64,000 nt of DNA from Catajapyx aquilonaris. Taxonomy: Eukaryota. The DNA lies in the NCBI GenBank assembly GCA_000934665.2, contig KZ538214.1, positions 1 to 64,000 on the forward strand, read 5' to 3'. Numbering within the stretch: position 1 is the first letter of the stretch; every line of letters starts with the position of its first letter. The notes under the pieces are model-generated. The model was given only the letters and a program-made list of their open reading frames with translations. It ran no database searches and was not told the origin of the DNA. Both the position numbers and the translations under genes were made by a program. This document shows positions 1 to 11,597 of the stretch, piece after piece.

Positions 1-71
1 ATTAGTTCATATATTGGGTTAGCTTGCGTCTCCCTTCATCGCTGACTACCCCTCATAGGGAAATGTCGTGA

Positions 72-94
72 TGTTGTTGTTGTTGTTGTTGTTG
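72..94. repeat. (GTT)n microsatellite in an AMDHD1 intron
   Basis: tgttgttgttgttgttgttgttg seen directly. Confidence 0.9.
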
Positions 95-226
95 AAAGTA
101 AGCATCTTACAGTTTTGTTGCACAGTGTTGCTCTCTTACATTCTGTGAGCCAATTGGAATAATCACATTATTATGTGTAACTGAATAGCTTGAGCAAGGA
201 AACCTAAAATATTTCTTGGTTCGCAG

Positions 227-695
227 CCTGTTGCAATGCACCTGGCTTGCGTCAAAATGCACATGAGCATGAACGAAGCCTTGTGCGCCACCACTCTCAA
301 CGCCGCCGCATCTCTAGGAAGATCCAAAACTCACGGATCACTAGAAGTCGGCAAGTATGGCGACCTGGTCATCATAAATGCTCCAAGGTAAACAACAAAT
401 TGTAAACAAAATTACTAGGGGCCAGTTGCACCGGCCTCAGTATAACCTGTGGTATAACTTAGAACCTCGGGTATAACAAGAATTGTCATAGCAACCGTTG
501 TTGACCAACAATGATTGCTATGGCAATTCTTGTTATACCCGAGGTTCTAAGTTATACTGAGGCCGGTGCAACTGGCCCTAGATCTGCTAACGAACCATTT
601 ACAGGTGGGAACATGCCATATACCAACTGGGACAACACGCACGGTTGATACACACCGTGATCAAGAAAGGCATACCCGTCTACAAGCAAGCTTAA
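227..695 (+). CDS. AMDHD1: Imidazolonepropionase / amidohydrolase domain-containing protein 1, 3' part (last two coding exons 227-387 and 605-695; gene begins upstream of the window)
   Basis: Manual spliced translation gives PVAMHLACVKMHMSMNEALCATTLNAAASLGRSKTHGSLEVGKYGDLVIINAPR-WEHAIYQLGQHARLIHTVIKKGIPVYKQA*, matching the C-terminus of animal AMDHD1/HutI (HLACVNM..EAL..TINAA..LG..HGSLEVGK.GDL..RWEH.IYQ). Acceptor CAG at 224-226, GT at 388, CAG at 602-604, TAA at 693-695. Confidence 0.93.
419..578. mobile_element. Palindromic (fold-back) MITE, probably PIF/Harbinger (Tourist-like)
   Basis: Starts GGGCCAGTTGCACCGGCCTCAGTATAAC and ends with the exact reverse complement. Arms pair almost to the centre. 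Flanked by a 3-bp duplication TAG (416-418 and 579-581). GGGCC termini with a 3-bp TSD are typical of Harbinger-derived MITEs. Confidence 0.85.
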
Positions 696-725
696 TTACT
701 TAGCAATAATTTGTTGGGATATGCA

Positions 726-731
726 AATAAA
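726..731 (+). terminator. Putative polyadenylation signal of AMDHD1
   Basis: AATAAA 30 nt after the stop codon, followed by a T-rich tract. Confidence 0.6.
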
Positions 732-1216
732 AGGTCATACGTTGTAAATTTTTTAATTCCATAACATATTTTCATGCTGCATAACCATTTTGCGGCTTAC
801 ACAGTGTGCAAGTAGCCTTTTCCATGGCAGCAACACTGTTGTGCTGGCAACACATGCCAACAACGCAATGCAATGAGCCCGTACTATTGTACGTGTAAGT
901 GACGCAACATTCCTTTACAAATAATTCCTTCGTAGTGTTCCATTACCGCAGCTTCCTTAAGTCCCCGTGCAGATGGCAGCACCGAGCAAGAAGTAATGGA
1001 AGGAGCGGAGGGGATGACGTCACCTCCATTGAAAAACATTTGATCGCCATATTTGATGGTGTCTGGTTGTGGTTGGGGGTCTGCAGCAGGGAGAAGGAAC
1101 GTTCGACTTGGAGGGTTGGAGAGGGGCAGGCCTTCTGCTGCCCGCAGTGTCAGGAAGGCCCCAGGGGCCACCACCAGTTCGGGTGCGACAAGTAGTGTAG
1201 GAATAATAAAAAAAGG

Positions 1217-1333
1217 ATGACGATCCTGCCCAAGAGGAAGACGACCCAGGCTAAGGCGGAGGTGGAGGTGGGGCCGGACCAGAACCCGCACCATGTCGGA
1301 GGAGGACACGGGCCACACCCTAACCACCCGCAG
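1217..1333 (+). CDS. OTUD5: OTUD5 coding exon 1 (not in the ORF track)
   Basis: [39 protein letters not shown], then donor CAG|GTATAA. Confidence 0.88.
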
Positions 1334-4300
1334 GTATAACCACGGGTTGTTGTCTCAGGGTATGGGGAGAGAAAGGATAAGGGTGGGGGTGGGTAGGGTG
1401 CCAGGCCTAGGTTGGAAGGGTGGGGTTCTTAATGGATGGAGGGGTGGGGAGGGTGGGTTGAACCATAGAACAGCTGCTGGGCAGGTCTGAAGGAATTGAT
1501 TTCTGAACAAGCCGGAACCTGCGTACACGCTGCAGCCGGAACTGCAAAGTGTGATAAGATGGGAGCGTTACTCATAATGCACAAACAGTCAATGGAGTTG
1601 ACATTGTGACAGGGCTACGAGGGGGCTCAAAAAGGGGTTTAAATCAGTGCACACAGCTGGGCATTAGGATCATAGAATTTTTGTTGCTCGCATATGTAAA
1701 AGAAGCGTGAATCAGTATTATGATTGTGTAACATGCCTGCGTACGGTAGACTCCTATTGGTTGTTTCATTGTGGAAGACAATTCTTGTGCCGAGGTCAGT
1801 GCCATTCTCTGGGCAATGTCGCTAGGACAAAAGAAAACTGTTCACAAAATTTGTGCGCAAGCTGTATACAAACTGAGGATGAACTTATTTATGTGTGCCA
1901 TTCTTGTACGATAGGAGCATGGGCATCGGAGGCTTATTTACAGGCTGTTGTTAGCAAGAAAAGGACGCACCATTAGTCAACGTTGAGATTGGGGCTAAAT
2001 TGCCTGATTATAATGGAAAAACTTTTGTGCATTATATGCATGGCAATAATTCAGTGCGGAGAATTCTGTAACACTGGTAGCACATTCTTTTGTTGTAATG
2101 AAGGGGCGCAGTCTTGTAAAAAGTGTTGGATTCTGTCAGCAAATACTTTTCCTTTTGTCCTGTGTATGGCTTTCATTAGAGCCTATTAGTTGTAACGCCC
2201 AGGTCCAACGAGCGGGATGACAGGAGGGGATGTGCAAAAGTGCAATGTCTGAATGTGGTACATTTTGTGAACTCCTCCAGGTGGATTTGTCTATCGGAGA
2301 TTCCACCCGAGACGAAGCCAGAGACGACCACTTATTGTCAGTGCCAATATAGTATATGAATGCGCCACCAATACAACATATTACATTCATTGCCTGGCAG
2401 GTGTAGGCAACTCTCTTTGTGGCATGCCTGAACACTTCCTTTGTTCTGGTGCACAATGTGATGTGCTACTCAACCCTCCGCCATTTGCATACACCAGTAC
2501 TGGCATCAGAATTTTAGTCGTAATTTGTGGAATGTGATTTTAAGTAGGCCCACTGTGCAAGCTTATGACATGCTGTGTTGATTAGCACATGTGGCACGAA
2601 TTTTGTTTTTAAACCCATTGAATTTTCACGACAATTTGTAACTTATTTGAAACATAAATAAAGGAAATTAAATTCTATATTATTGTGCAGCATGTTTTCA
2701 AGGCAGGCCGTGAATTACAACCGAGGCAAGGTGTCTGGAAGGTATTTACACAGAGAGTATCGGGATGTTGCATAATGATTTTTAGTTATTTCAGTCAAAG
2801 ATCGTATTGTCCATTGGGTTTGCCAGGAGGATTCTTATTTAGGCTGCTCTTTTTGTGCATTACAGGCATCTGAGCCATTAAATCATGATCGGCTGTATGT
2901 TCCGGGCCAGAATTCTCCTCCCCGCTGGCCCTTATCAGCATCAAGGGAGGAAAAACGTCCTGCTCACTCTTCCCCCTCCCACTTTGATGACTACGACAGT
3001 CTGGAAAGTGGGCCCAGTCACAGCAAGAGGAGACACAGGGCCAGTCCACACAGGTCAGTAGGAATTAAGTGACAAGTATTATTGCCAATTTAATTGCTAG
3101 CAAGTATTGCCTGAACCTTTTTTCGTTGTGGCTTGAGATTAATTTTACATGGCAGCTTCAAAATCATTATCATTATTAGCCACTACTTGATAAGCAGTAT
3201 GCAGTTTGCCACTTTTGAACCTTCCCTGGCTGTGTCAGTGGCAGTATTTTAACTGTTTCTAGTTTTTACAACATAGTGCACGAGGTTTCAGGTTCCTGAT
3301 TGCATAGATTAAATATTGACGAGCAAATAAAATTCTTCCTGTTTGCCGTGTCAGCGTTATCAACAACATTCTTTTAGCAATATGTGTAATTGTGGCCATT
3401 GCACTTTCATAGCGCAGCTGTCTCAAAGAGCTCGAGGTGAACCTTGGGAACGGCATTATTTGTTGTCACATGATCTTCATGATATCAATTTAGAAGATAA
3501 TTTTGTGTTTTCACTGTAAGAAAATAAAACAGACAGAATTGCTTGGGGTGAAAATTACAGCCTTGATGTGGTAACTCGGCATTGAATGCATCATTATCAA
3601 CGGTTTATATTAAAACATGGCGATATCACAAGTGGAAAAGCTTGACATAAAGTTAAGCAAGTGCACAAACCAGTCTTGGCCAAAGTTGCTCATATGTTGG
3701 AAACTGCCAGTGTTTTATTAGAGAATGGGTGCTCTCCTCTCCTGTGAACCTTGACTGATCCCTTCTAAAACTTGACAGGTCTGTGAGGAGCAAACACCGG
3801 GAACGAGAGCTTCGTGAACACCGTGAGCATCGTGAGCGCAACACGTCTTCTCCAACATTTTCTGGTGCTAGTGGAGTTCTGGGTGGTGCTTTGGGAGGCT
3901 CCTCCCCGATCCCAGGACCTTCAAGTGCAGATGGAAATGAGGATGTGAGCGGTTACAACAGTGGGGATGAATACGGGGCTGCATGCCAAGGGAGCCTTTC
4001 TGAAGAGCAGTGGGAGGAGGTATGGAAAGGACGTACATGCTGCATTAAGAGCAAATTTGATACGGTTGTTATTTACAGAGGGACCGGTGGTTTGAAAAGA
4101 AGATGCGCAAAAAGGGCCTCATAATAAAGAAAATGGGGGAGGACGGAGCTTGTCTCTTTCGTGCCGTTGCAGACCAGGTGTATGGGGACCAGGACATGCA
4201 TTCGATTGTGCGGAAACATTGTATGGACTATGTCGTAAGTGATAGCACTTTTCACTTCTGTGCTCATGCGACTTTCTCGTCATCAGTGTGCACCACCATC

Positions 4301-7300
4301 ATCATTGTTATTATAATTTATTTTCATGTGCATGAGAGAGTTCTGATTTAGAGTTGACAAGCCACATTTTTGCTTTAGAACTGCAAGCATTCTGGAGCTT
4401 ACTTGCCAAACTGAATTTCAGATTATGAATATAATGCAACGTTCCCTTCTCAGGCTGCAAATTCAGATTATTTCTCTCACTACGTGACGGAGGACTTTGA
4501 CACTTATGTGAACCGTAAGCGCTTGGACAACGTCCATGGCAATCACATCGAAATGCAGGCAATGAGTGAGATGTACAACCGGGCTATTGAGGTCTTCTGC
4601 TATTCTACGGAACCCATCAACATCTTTCACAGCAGCGTGCAAAAGTCAGACAATGAGCCAATGCGCCTCTCCTACCACCGTGGTGTCCATTACAACAGCA
4701 TAGTGGATCCCTACAAGGCTACTATAGGTGTTGGGTTGGGACTGCCTGGATTCACTCCAGGGATGGCAGACAAAACCTTAGTTAAAGAGGCAGTGAGGCA
4801 GAGTGAGGACCTACACATTGAACAAGCCATGTTGGAGGATAAGATGAAAGCCACCGACTGGGAGGCCACCAATGAAGCCATTGAGGAGCAAGTTGCTCGG
4901 GAGTCTTACCTGCAATGGCTTAAGGACAATGAGAAAAGGAACAAGAACATGGTGAGTTTCAGGAAAAGAGGATTTCATTGGTGCATAGCAAGGTTGTCGA
5001 TTTGCATGCTTTCTGCAGAAGTATCGTTGCCTTCAGAAGCTCAGCATAGTGTTTTAAGGTGCAGGGCAGCATTTATTTGATTTTTAAAGACAACTCTACT
5101 GCTGCATATATCTACCAGGGCTCAGATTTGGTTGTCTGGAATGAGCTAAAGACTAGAGCTCCACTTTTCAGTTAGGTTCCACTTTGTTACAAATGGATAA
5201 TCACATGTTCGTGATTCCCTCTTCAGCACCGTTCAGCCACAGCAACATCCAGCTCGGCAGCTACAGTTACCTCTTCTGGTGAGGGAAAGTCACCACGTAA
5301 CCGCAATAATCAAGGGAGTGGTACTCCACCTCATCACTCCGACCCCCACCGCAATTCCCCCAAACTGGAGCAGCAGCAACAAGCCCAAGCACAACAGCAG
5401 CAGGGACCATCCCAACAGCCTCAGCAACTTTCACCTGTTGCGAAAGAGGACTGTGTGGCCGGTTGCTCGTCATCCTCTTCCTTTGTCCCGTCTCCCAGCC
5501 GCCAGCCAGGCCACAGTGCAGCCTCGACCATTATGCAGTCAGCCGTTCTGGTGGGTGGTGGGGAGACTGGGAAAGAGGAATCGGCCCAGGGATCACATTC
5601 AGGGGAGGCTGGATTTCAGTTACTGGAAACTGCCTCGTTTCTTAATCAACTGCCACCCGAGATGTTCGGTGAGTGTCCGTTTGCTTTCCTTGCATCTCTT
5701 GGTACCCCAAAGGTGACGTGATGCGGTGAACAGATTGTAATCCACTTGTGATTAGACTGTTACGCTAATATAGGATGAGTCAGGTTTTTGTTTGGAAGGC
5801 TCAATGAAAGAACAGGAAGTTGAACATGTTCAGTGTTGATCAGATGATCCTCAGCATTTGTGGCTGCAGCCGATTGTCAGTATGGCCTAGCAATAATGGC
5901 AGTTTTTCAATGTAGGTTTTAAGATTGTAAATGCCACCTTAATTTAAAAGCTAGGTAGGGATTTTCATACTACTGTATGTCGATGTGTGTCAAACACTTG
6001 AGTTAAAATATGACTAGAATTACTGCCACTTGATTATGGTGAAAGTGTCCACACTGAATGCAAAATGAATGTGAACGGGGAGACTATGTTTCGACAACTA
6101 CATGTACAAGTGATAATGGGAGGTAGGGAACACACCATGACAAACCTTTTGCGCCAATGGAGGTATATTTCAGTTAAGTGTGTTTGGTGCTAACAATAAT
6201 TAAATGTAACTGGATTGCAACACTGTAAACTGCCAGTTGAGTAACATGAGGGCACCATTGTAGATTTCTTTCTGCATGACTAGAATGCTGTGCACAGTTG
6301 CAATCTACTTGGGCATCCACACTCGTCCTACAGAGTACTTGTGTAGATACAAAAGTATATGGTGACTCTTCAGCTCTTTCTAGTAGTACGGAGAGGAATT
6401 TGGGGAGGGATGGTGCCCTTAACCCATCATTGACAATGGTAAGTTGGAAACGTGTGTAACTGATGTGATCATGTTGTGTTTCATATTCGTACTGCACAGT
6501 AGTCAGTGGATTTAGCGTAATGGGAATGAAGGGAAAATCGTTTGAACTATTCCAAGACAAAAAATATTCTGAAAAATCATTTTTGATTGAGGGGTGTCAT
6601 TACAGCATATGGTGGCAATTAAGCCTTGATAATTATGATCCTCTGAATATTGTAGTGCACATCTTTTCTGTAAGCCCACTCCAGAAGCACGTGCAACAGT
6701 CAATTGTCCAATCAGCAGTAAATACAGTATCTTGTAGTTCACATAGGAACCTCATCAAAACTTGATTGCTTTTCCATTGTGTCATACAGGGTGTCCCACA
6801 AATTACGCTACCCAGAATTACGTCCGTAACATCAACACAAATGAAGATATTGCAACGAAATTTGAACTGAATTAACCTTGTCATGTGTGATTTGAAATGG
6901 CATCACAACATGTGTTGGAAATGGCCACCATTGCGGCCAGGCAGGTCTCAACACGGCGTGACATATTTTGGAATGTTCTGGCCAGCATATCCTGCGGTAC
7001 TGCCTGAATTTCCTGGACGATGTTGTCCTTCAAGGCCTGGATGGACCGTGGATTGTTGCGGTACACTCTTCCTTTCAGAAAGCCCCATAAGAAGTAACCA
7101 GGTGGTGTAAGATCGGGCGACCGCGGTGGCCACAGTCCCTTCGAAACGACTCGCTCGCCGAAGGACTTTATTTCGGCCATGCTGACATGTGATGTGTGGC
7201 ATGTCGCCCCATCCTGTTGACAAGTTTGGGCCATGTTTGGATCAGGAAGCAAGGACATCCGCGATCCGCCGCGTGCCACTGCTCAGGTGTCGTCTGGCCG

Positions 7301-8555
7301 ATTCGTCGCTCCAGCGTCAGTATTACAGCACCCACATTTGACAGACCCATTCCAATTCCTTTCTCACGTGTTGAGGTTGCTTGAGTTCAAATTCCGTTGC
7401 AATATCTTCATTTGTGTTACAGTTATTAATGTAATTCTGGGTAGCGTAATTTGTGGGACACCCTGCATACATCCCCATGTGGAATATATTGGTCTTGAGG
7501 AATGGTTCGAGCAATTGCCTTACACGTCTATTGTGCAGGCACTACTGATCTCTGTTATACAGTGTATACCAATTGTCTGTTTCAATTAGAGATTATTTTG
7601 CACTATGCATTTTTTTAACCATCAAAATTATTAGCTCAAAATATTCAGTTGAATAGAGCATCCCTTTAGGGCCTAATAAATTATTGCAGTAAACCCAACA
7701 ACAGTGCATGGGAAATGGGCTGCTCAGAACCCATGACATGAGAGGTTAAGTGCTGAACCCATTTTTTGCAAGCATTAAGTGTATTGATTTAATGCAAAAC
7801 TACTAGATAATAATCAGCAGCTTAGTGCCAAATAATCTATAGTGGGAACGGGTACTTCGGTTAGAAAACTGAATGTAACTCCCAGAAGAAAATACAGGAA
7901 GTCCCTGGTTTACTAATGACCTGACTTACGGGGATCTGTACTCAGGACCTGGCTACCAAGATTCCCCATAATGCTATTTTATAATTATCTCTTGACTCTC
8001 AGTCACTCCTGCATATGTTGACCGCATCAAGTTTAATGTAAATGCTGTATAATTATTAAATAATTTGGGAACTACTTTCTTCCGCACATGAAAACGAACC
8101 CACATGATTTGAGGGGTTTGTTGGCGAAGCGCCTGTATGCACCATTCCTCAGGGATCCCAGTTGCGTACAAATCTGGCTTACCGGTATTCTCAGGAACAT
8201 AACCCCCTTTTGTAGACTGGGGACTTCCTGTAAAGTCATGATGTTCTAGAATGGACAGGAAGAGGGATGTCCAACCAAATGTGTTAGTCAAAGGCAGTGT
8301 AAGCGCCAGGAAGGTGGGCCTCCTTTACTTTGGAGGAAAGGTTTCACATTTTGGAATTGGGTTTTGATACTCATGAGCCACCCTATTCCACAAGGCCTGA
8401 CCGAATGGGAGGATGCAGGCCTGCTGGCCCAAGTGCTGGCTGCTTCCCAGCAGGAATATCTGGACAGCTTGAAGAAAGGACGTGAAACCAAAGAAGCCAG
8501 TGATGGTGGTGGTGGTGGTTGTGACAGGTCATCACGTGATGGTGGGCACAGCTAA
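1217..8555 (+). CDS. OTUD5: OTU domain-containing deubiquitinase 5 (DUBA), 7 coding exons: 1217-1333, 2866-3053, 3779-4019, 4079-4234, 4454-4951, 5227-5668, 8395-8555; 600 aa
   Basis: Conserved start MTILPK(R)K, GYNSGDEY phospho-motif, OTU core [28 protein letters not shown] and His loop [43 protein letters not shown], and C-terminal UIM-like [18 protein letters not shown]. All introns are GT-AG. Exon lengths sum to 1803 nt (601 codons). Confidence 0.95.
2866..3053 (+). CDS. OTUD5: OTUD5 coding exon 2
   Basis: TACAG acceptor. Open frame [22 protein letters not shown]...[10 protein letters not shown]. Donor AG|GTCAGT. Phase is compatible with both neighbouring exons. Confidence 0.8.
3779..4019 (+). 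CDS. OTUD5: OTUD5 coding exon 3
   Basis: Contains [14 protein letters not shown] acceptor and GAG|GTATGG donor, followed by a 59-nt intron. Confidence 0.9.
4079..4234 (+). CDS. OTUD5: OTUD5 coding exon 4 (catalytic Cys)
   Basis: [52 protein letters not shown]. Donor GTAAGT. Confidence 0.95.
4454..4951 (+). CDS. OTUD5: OTUD5 coding exon 5 (catalytic His/Asn)
   Basis: [56 protein letters not shown]. Donor GTGAGT. Confidence 0.95.
5227..5668 (+). CDS. OTUD5: OTUD5 coding exon 6 (low-complexity Ser/Gln linker)
   Basis: CTTCAG acceptor. [39 protein letters not shown]. Donor G|GTGAGT. Confidence 0.87.
6787..7465 (-). mobile_element. Internally deleted Tc1/mariner-superfamily transposon (DD37D-like spacing) in OTUD5 intron 6
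   Basis: TIR CAGGGTGTCCCACAAATTACGCTACCCAGAATTAC is perfect at both ends and extends imperfectly to ~85 bp. TA on the left, CA (mutated TA) on the right. The minus strand encodes a transposase C-terminal fragment [43 protein letters not shown], with the third catalytic Asp position reading Gly. The N-terminal half is missing. Confidence 0.92.
7895..8230. mobile_element. Tigger/pogo-like MITE in OTUD5 intron 6
   Basis: TA-CAGGAAGTCCCTGGTTTACTAA ... TTTGTAGACTGGGGACTTCCTG-TA: 22-bp imperfect TIR with TA duplications and a Tigger-like subterminal GGAACATAACCCC. Confidence 0.8.
8395..8555 (+). CDS. OTUD5: OTUD5 last coding exon (UIM-like)
   Basis: (G)[27 protein letters not shown]...HS*. AAG acceptor with phase matching exon 6. 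Confidence 0.9.
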
Positions 8556-10224
8556 TACATGCACACAAGTACATATGCACCCCATTTTCCCAAATATTTT
8601 TTTTTTGTACCCCCACCTACCTCGCCTTCTTTTCACTTGCCTCCAATAACTTTCCTGTTGCCTACAGCACAAATAATGGCAGATGATCATATCAGTTTGT
8701 TCCAAACAGTTTTCCTCCACAATTAGGACCACTGACAGTTTCTTTATTTTTATTTTATTTGTCTTGCCATATGTTGTGGGGGCGTTTACTGCCGGAGAAG
8801 AGCAAGTATGTGGCTGTTTGGTGCTTGTTTCGTTCATTACAGAGCGTCTGATACAAGGGGAATGACTTTACCAAAGGATATTGATGTGGATTTTGACTCT
8901 TTGAATTCCTCCTCCCTCCCCCCCAACACCCAGGATTTTTTTCCCCCCCTTAATTTAATTAGTCACCTGTGCCTATACAGGAAGATGCTTTGTGTACAGT
9001 TCTGTGTCCATTGTAATGACAGTCAGTTGAAATAATGTAGTCATTGGTAATCAGATGCATAAATACACAAAAACCATACATTCATAAATGCTTGACTCTT
9101 TTTTTTTTCCTGTGAACTTTAGGGGTCTAGTAGATGTGGTAATATTTACCACAACCCAATCATGTAATAATGTACATAACATTGGAATGTGAATAATTAT
9201 TGCAAACTGCTCCCTTCTTTGCTTAATTATTTTTATGTCCATGAACTGTTTACATTTGAGAGGTGTAGCAACTGATTTGAAATAAACATTGCTTGATTCC
9301 AAAGATGTTGCTTTTAATTTTTTTTTTGTTATATAGGTACTTGTCCTGATATCTTCTTAGTGAGTGGCAGAGCTATGAGTTGTGTTCATGTCATTCCCTT
9401 TTCCAATAGTCAGGCCATTCATAAGGACTCGGATGTTCTGCAAGTCACTTCACAATTTTTTAAGAGAAATGTGGCCTTCCCAGCTGATTTGCCAGTGAAG
9501 TTCGATGACAGTAATTCCAACGAAACCTGGAAAAGCAATTTTATTGCTGCTTTTGTGGTGCCATTGTTTAATCAGTATGTTATAATTTTTTTAAACGATT
9601 TATGACATTTAATCATCTGCCTTCCAGGAGCAACTTAACAGTAGCAGTCAGACTTCGAAGACAACAACTCTGCTTAAGATGTGGCTATACATTTTCTTGT
9701 CTCAGGAAATGTCCAGGTACCATACTTGAAACCCTGCTCTTAACACTTCTACATACCTTGTACTTTACACTTTCTGCGCTATAAGTGTAGCTAATCTTTT
9801 CCTTTAAAATAGCTATGACCTGGCCACTGATAGGGGTCCATGGATGCAATGCAAACTTCTTCCTGCAACCAGGAAAAGTTTTGCTTGGATCCGGAAGATT
9901 GTGGACAGTGTGGTTTTGCTGCTTATTACAGAAACTGGTTAGAGAAAACAGATGACACAAAGCAAATTCTGTTCTAACAGTCAAAGATGGCTACTCTAGT
10001 TGATCTGAAGTGTAAAGCAACATTTGTCTTTGCTGCACGTTACAGGCATGGTTTTTTTTTTTTACTAATGCTACAGACACCTTTCACTAGATTGTGCAAT
10101 ACAATGTGTGTAATAAACTGGTCAATTTTTAGAAAGAAACCCTTTCCTACTCACAACTTAATTCAACGCATGGGAAATTCTTACTAACAGCAACAGTGTA
10201 AAACCATGAATAAGCGGCTCATCA

Positions 10225-10505
10225 GGTTTGTTTATTTGGATTAGGAAAGAGCCAAAGCAACTATGGCTATCTGGCTATTAGAAGATACAAAGGGTGGACA
10301 GATGGAAACAGAAACGAAGAGAAAAATGAAGCGAGGAATAACAGGCATCTCTCTGTGTTGACCCCAAAGACCCGTCTAGCCTGGTCTGTCAGTAGATGAA
10401 GCTACCACCAGCATATCTCTTCAGGGGTGATGGGAGAAACCACAGCAAGGTGGAGATACCATCAGGAGGGCTGCTCATGAGGTAAAACTAACTGGTCTGA
10501 TACTA
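10225..10505 (-). mobile_element. Possible decayed 3' end of a non-LTR retrotransposon
   Basis: The minus strand reads as a degenerate ...FI*QTRLDGSL-like ORF end, a pyrimidine-rich 3' UTR, a short stem-loop, then AATAAACAAAC. Resemblance only. Confidence 0.3.
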
Positions 10506-10508
10506 GTA

Positions 10509-10840
10509 AAGTGACCAAGCACAGCTCTGACGGCACAAGTTAAAACCATTCGAAAATCATGTAATTGGATTTAAGTGCACCATTGCAATCCTCTTTGCAA
10601 GGCACACCTTTTGGTGCAAAGCCCATAACTGTAGGGGCAACCCTTGAAAAGTTACGGCCAATTGAAATCATGCACTTCCATATATGATAATGGAAAGAAA
10701 AAAACTTCAAACGTGAATATCTCGAAATGACAAAAAGCCGAGATACAGGGTTTTGACTTGGGCCGTCAGAGCTGATTCCAGAGTGGTTATTAATGAATTT
10801 CCTGTGATTAACTGCATAATTCTTAGGCCGTACCTTAGAG
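10509..10840. mobile_element. Non-autonomous DNA-transposon-like fragment with a 26-bp inverted repeat
   Basis: CAGCTCTGACGGCACAAGTTAAAACC (10522-10547) is inverted relative to GGTTTTGACTTGGGCCGTCAGAGCTG (10749-10774), 2 mismatches. No TSD identified and outer limits are approximate. Confidence 0.5.
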
Positions 10841-11597
10841 CCATGATTCATAGTGAATGGAATATGACATGTTCATTATTAATTTGATTATACTGTACTT
10901 CCTGCAGAGATAGAACTGCATGAATGGACAAATAATGAATGAGGTCTGGTACACAACCATGCCCTGAGTAATGATTACTACTTATCTGACTCTTTCAGCT
11001 GACAATCCAAACTGATTATTGTGTACTCCAATAATCACTTTACTGCAAGTGTTTCAACAATCACAATTTTAATTATTGTCCTGTCTAAAGTGCTTACTGG
11101 GGCAAACAATTAGTAAGGATGCAGTTTAACTGTGCACGAAAATTATAGGTTTCTACAAATATACATGTAATGTAAGCTGCCGTATTTCCTGAATCTGCTC
11201 GACAAGCTGAGTTGAACTACACTGTTCTTAAGGTGCAGGGAACGTGTTGTTGAAAAGTTACTTCAGTTCGAAATAATAATAATGAATAAATAAAAATAAA
11301 GCAGTGTTCCTTTGTTGACACTGTGTATTCCTATTGTGTGGAAGAAAAGTAGTGGAAGGGCCATGGATTTTTGACACTGTTAGGCGGGTGGTAAAGTTGA
11401 GTCTTAACGTTATTGAATTTAGAAATAAAAAATGGCTATAAACGCTAAAACCAACCCTCCTTTTACCTAATGAAGCCTCCTCCGGCCACCAGGCAAATTT
11501 GACAAAACCACAATAACATTCGTTAACCTGTAGTGCCACAAGATATACAGTACTGGCAATGTTGCAGACACTACCTACAATAAGCACCTATGCTTGA

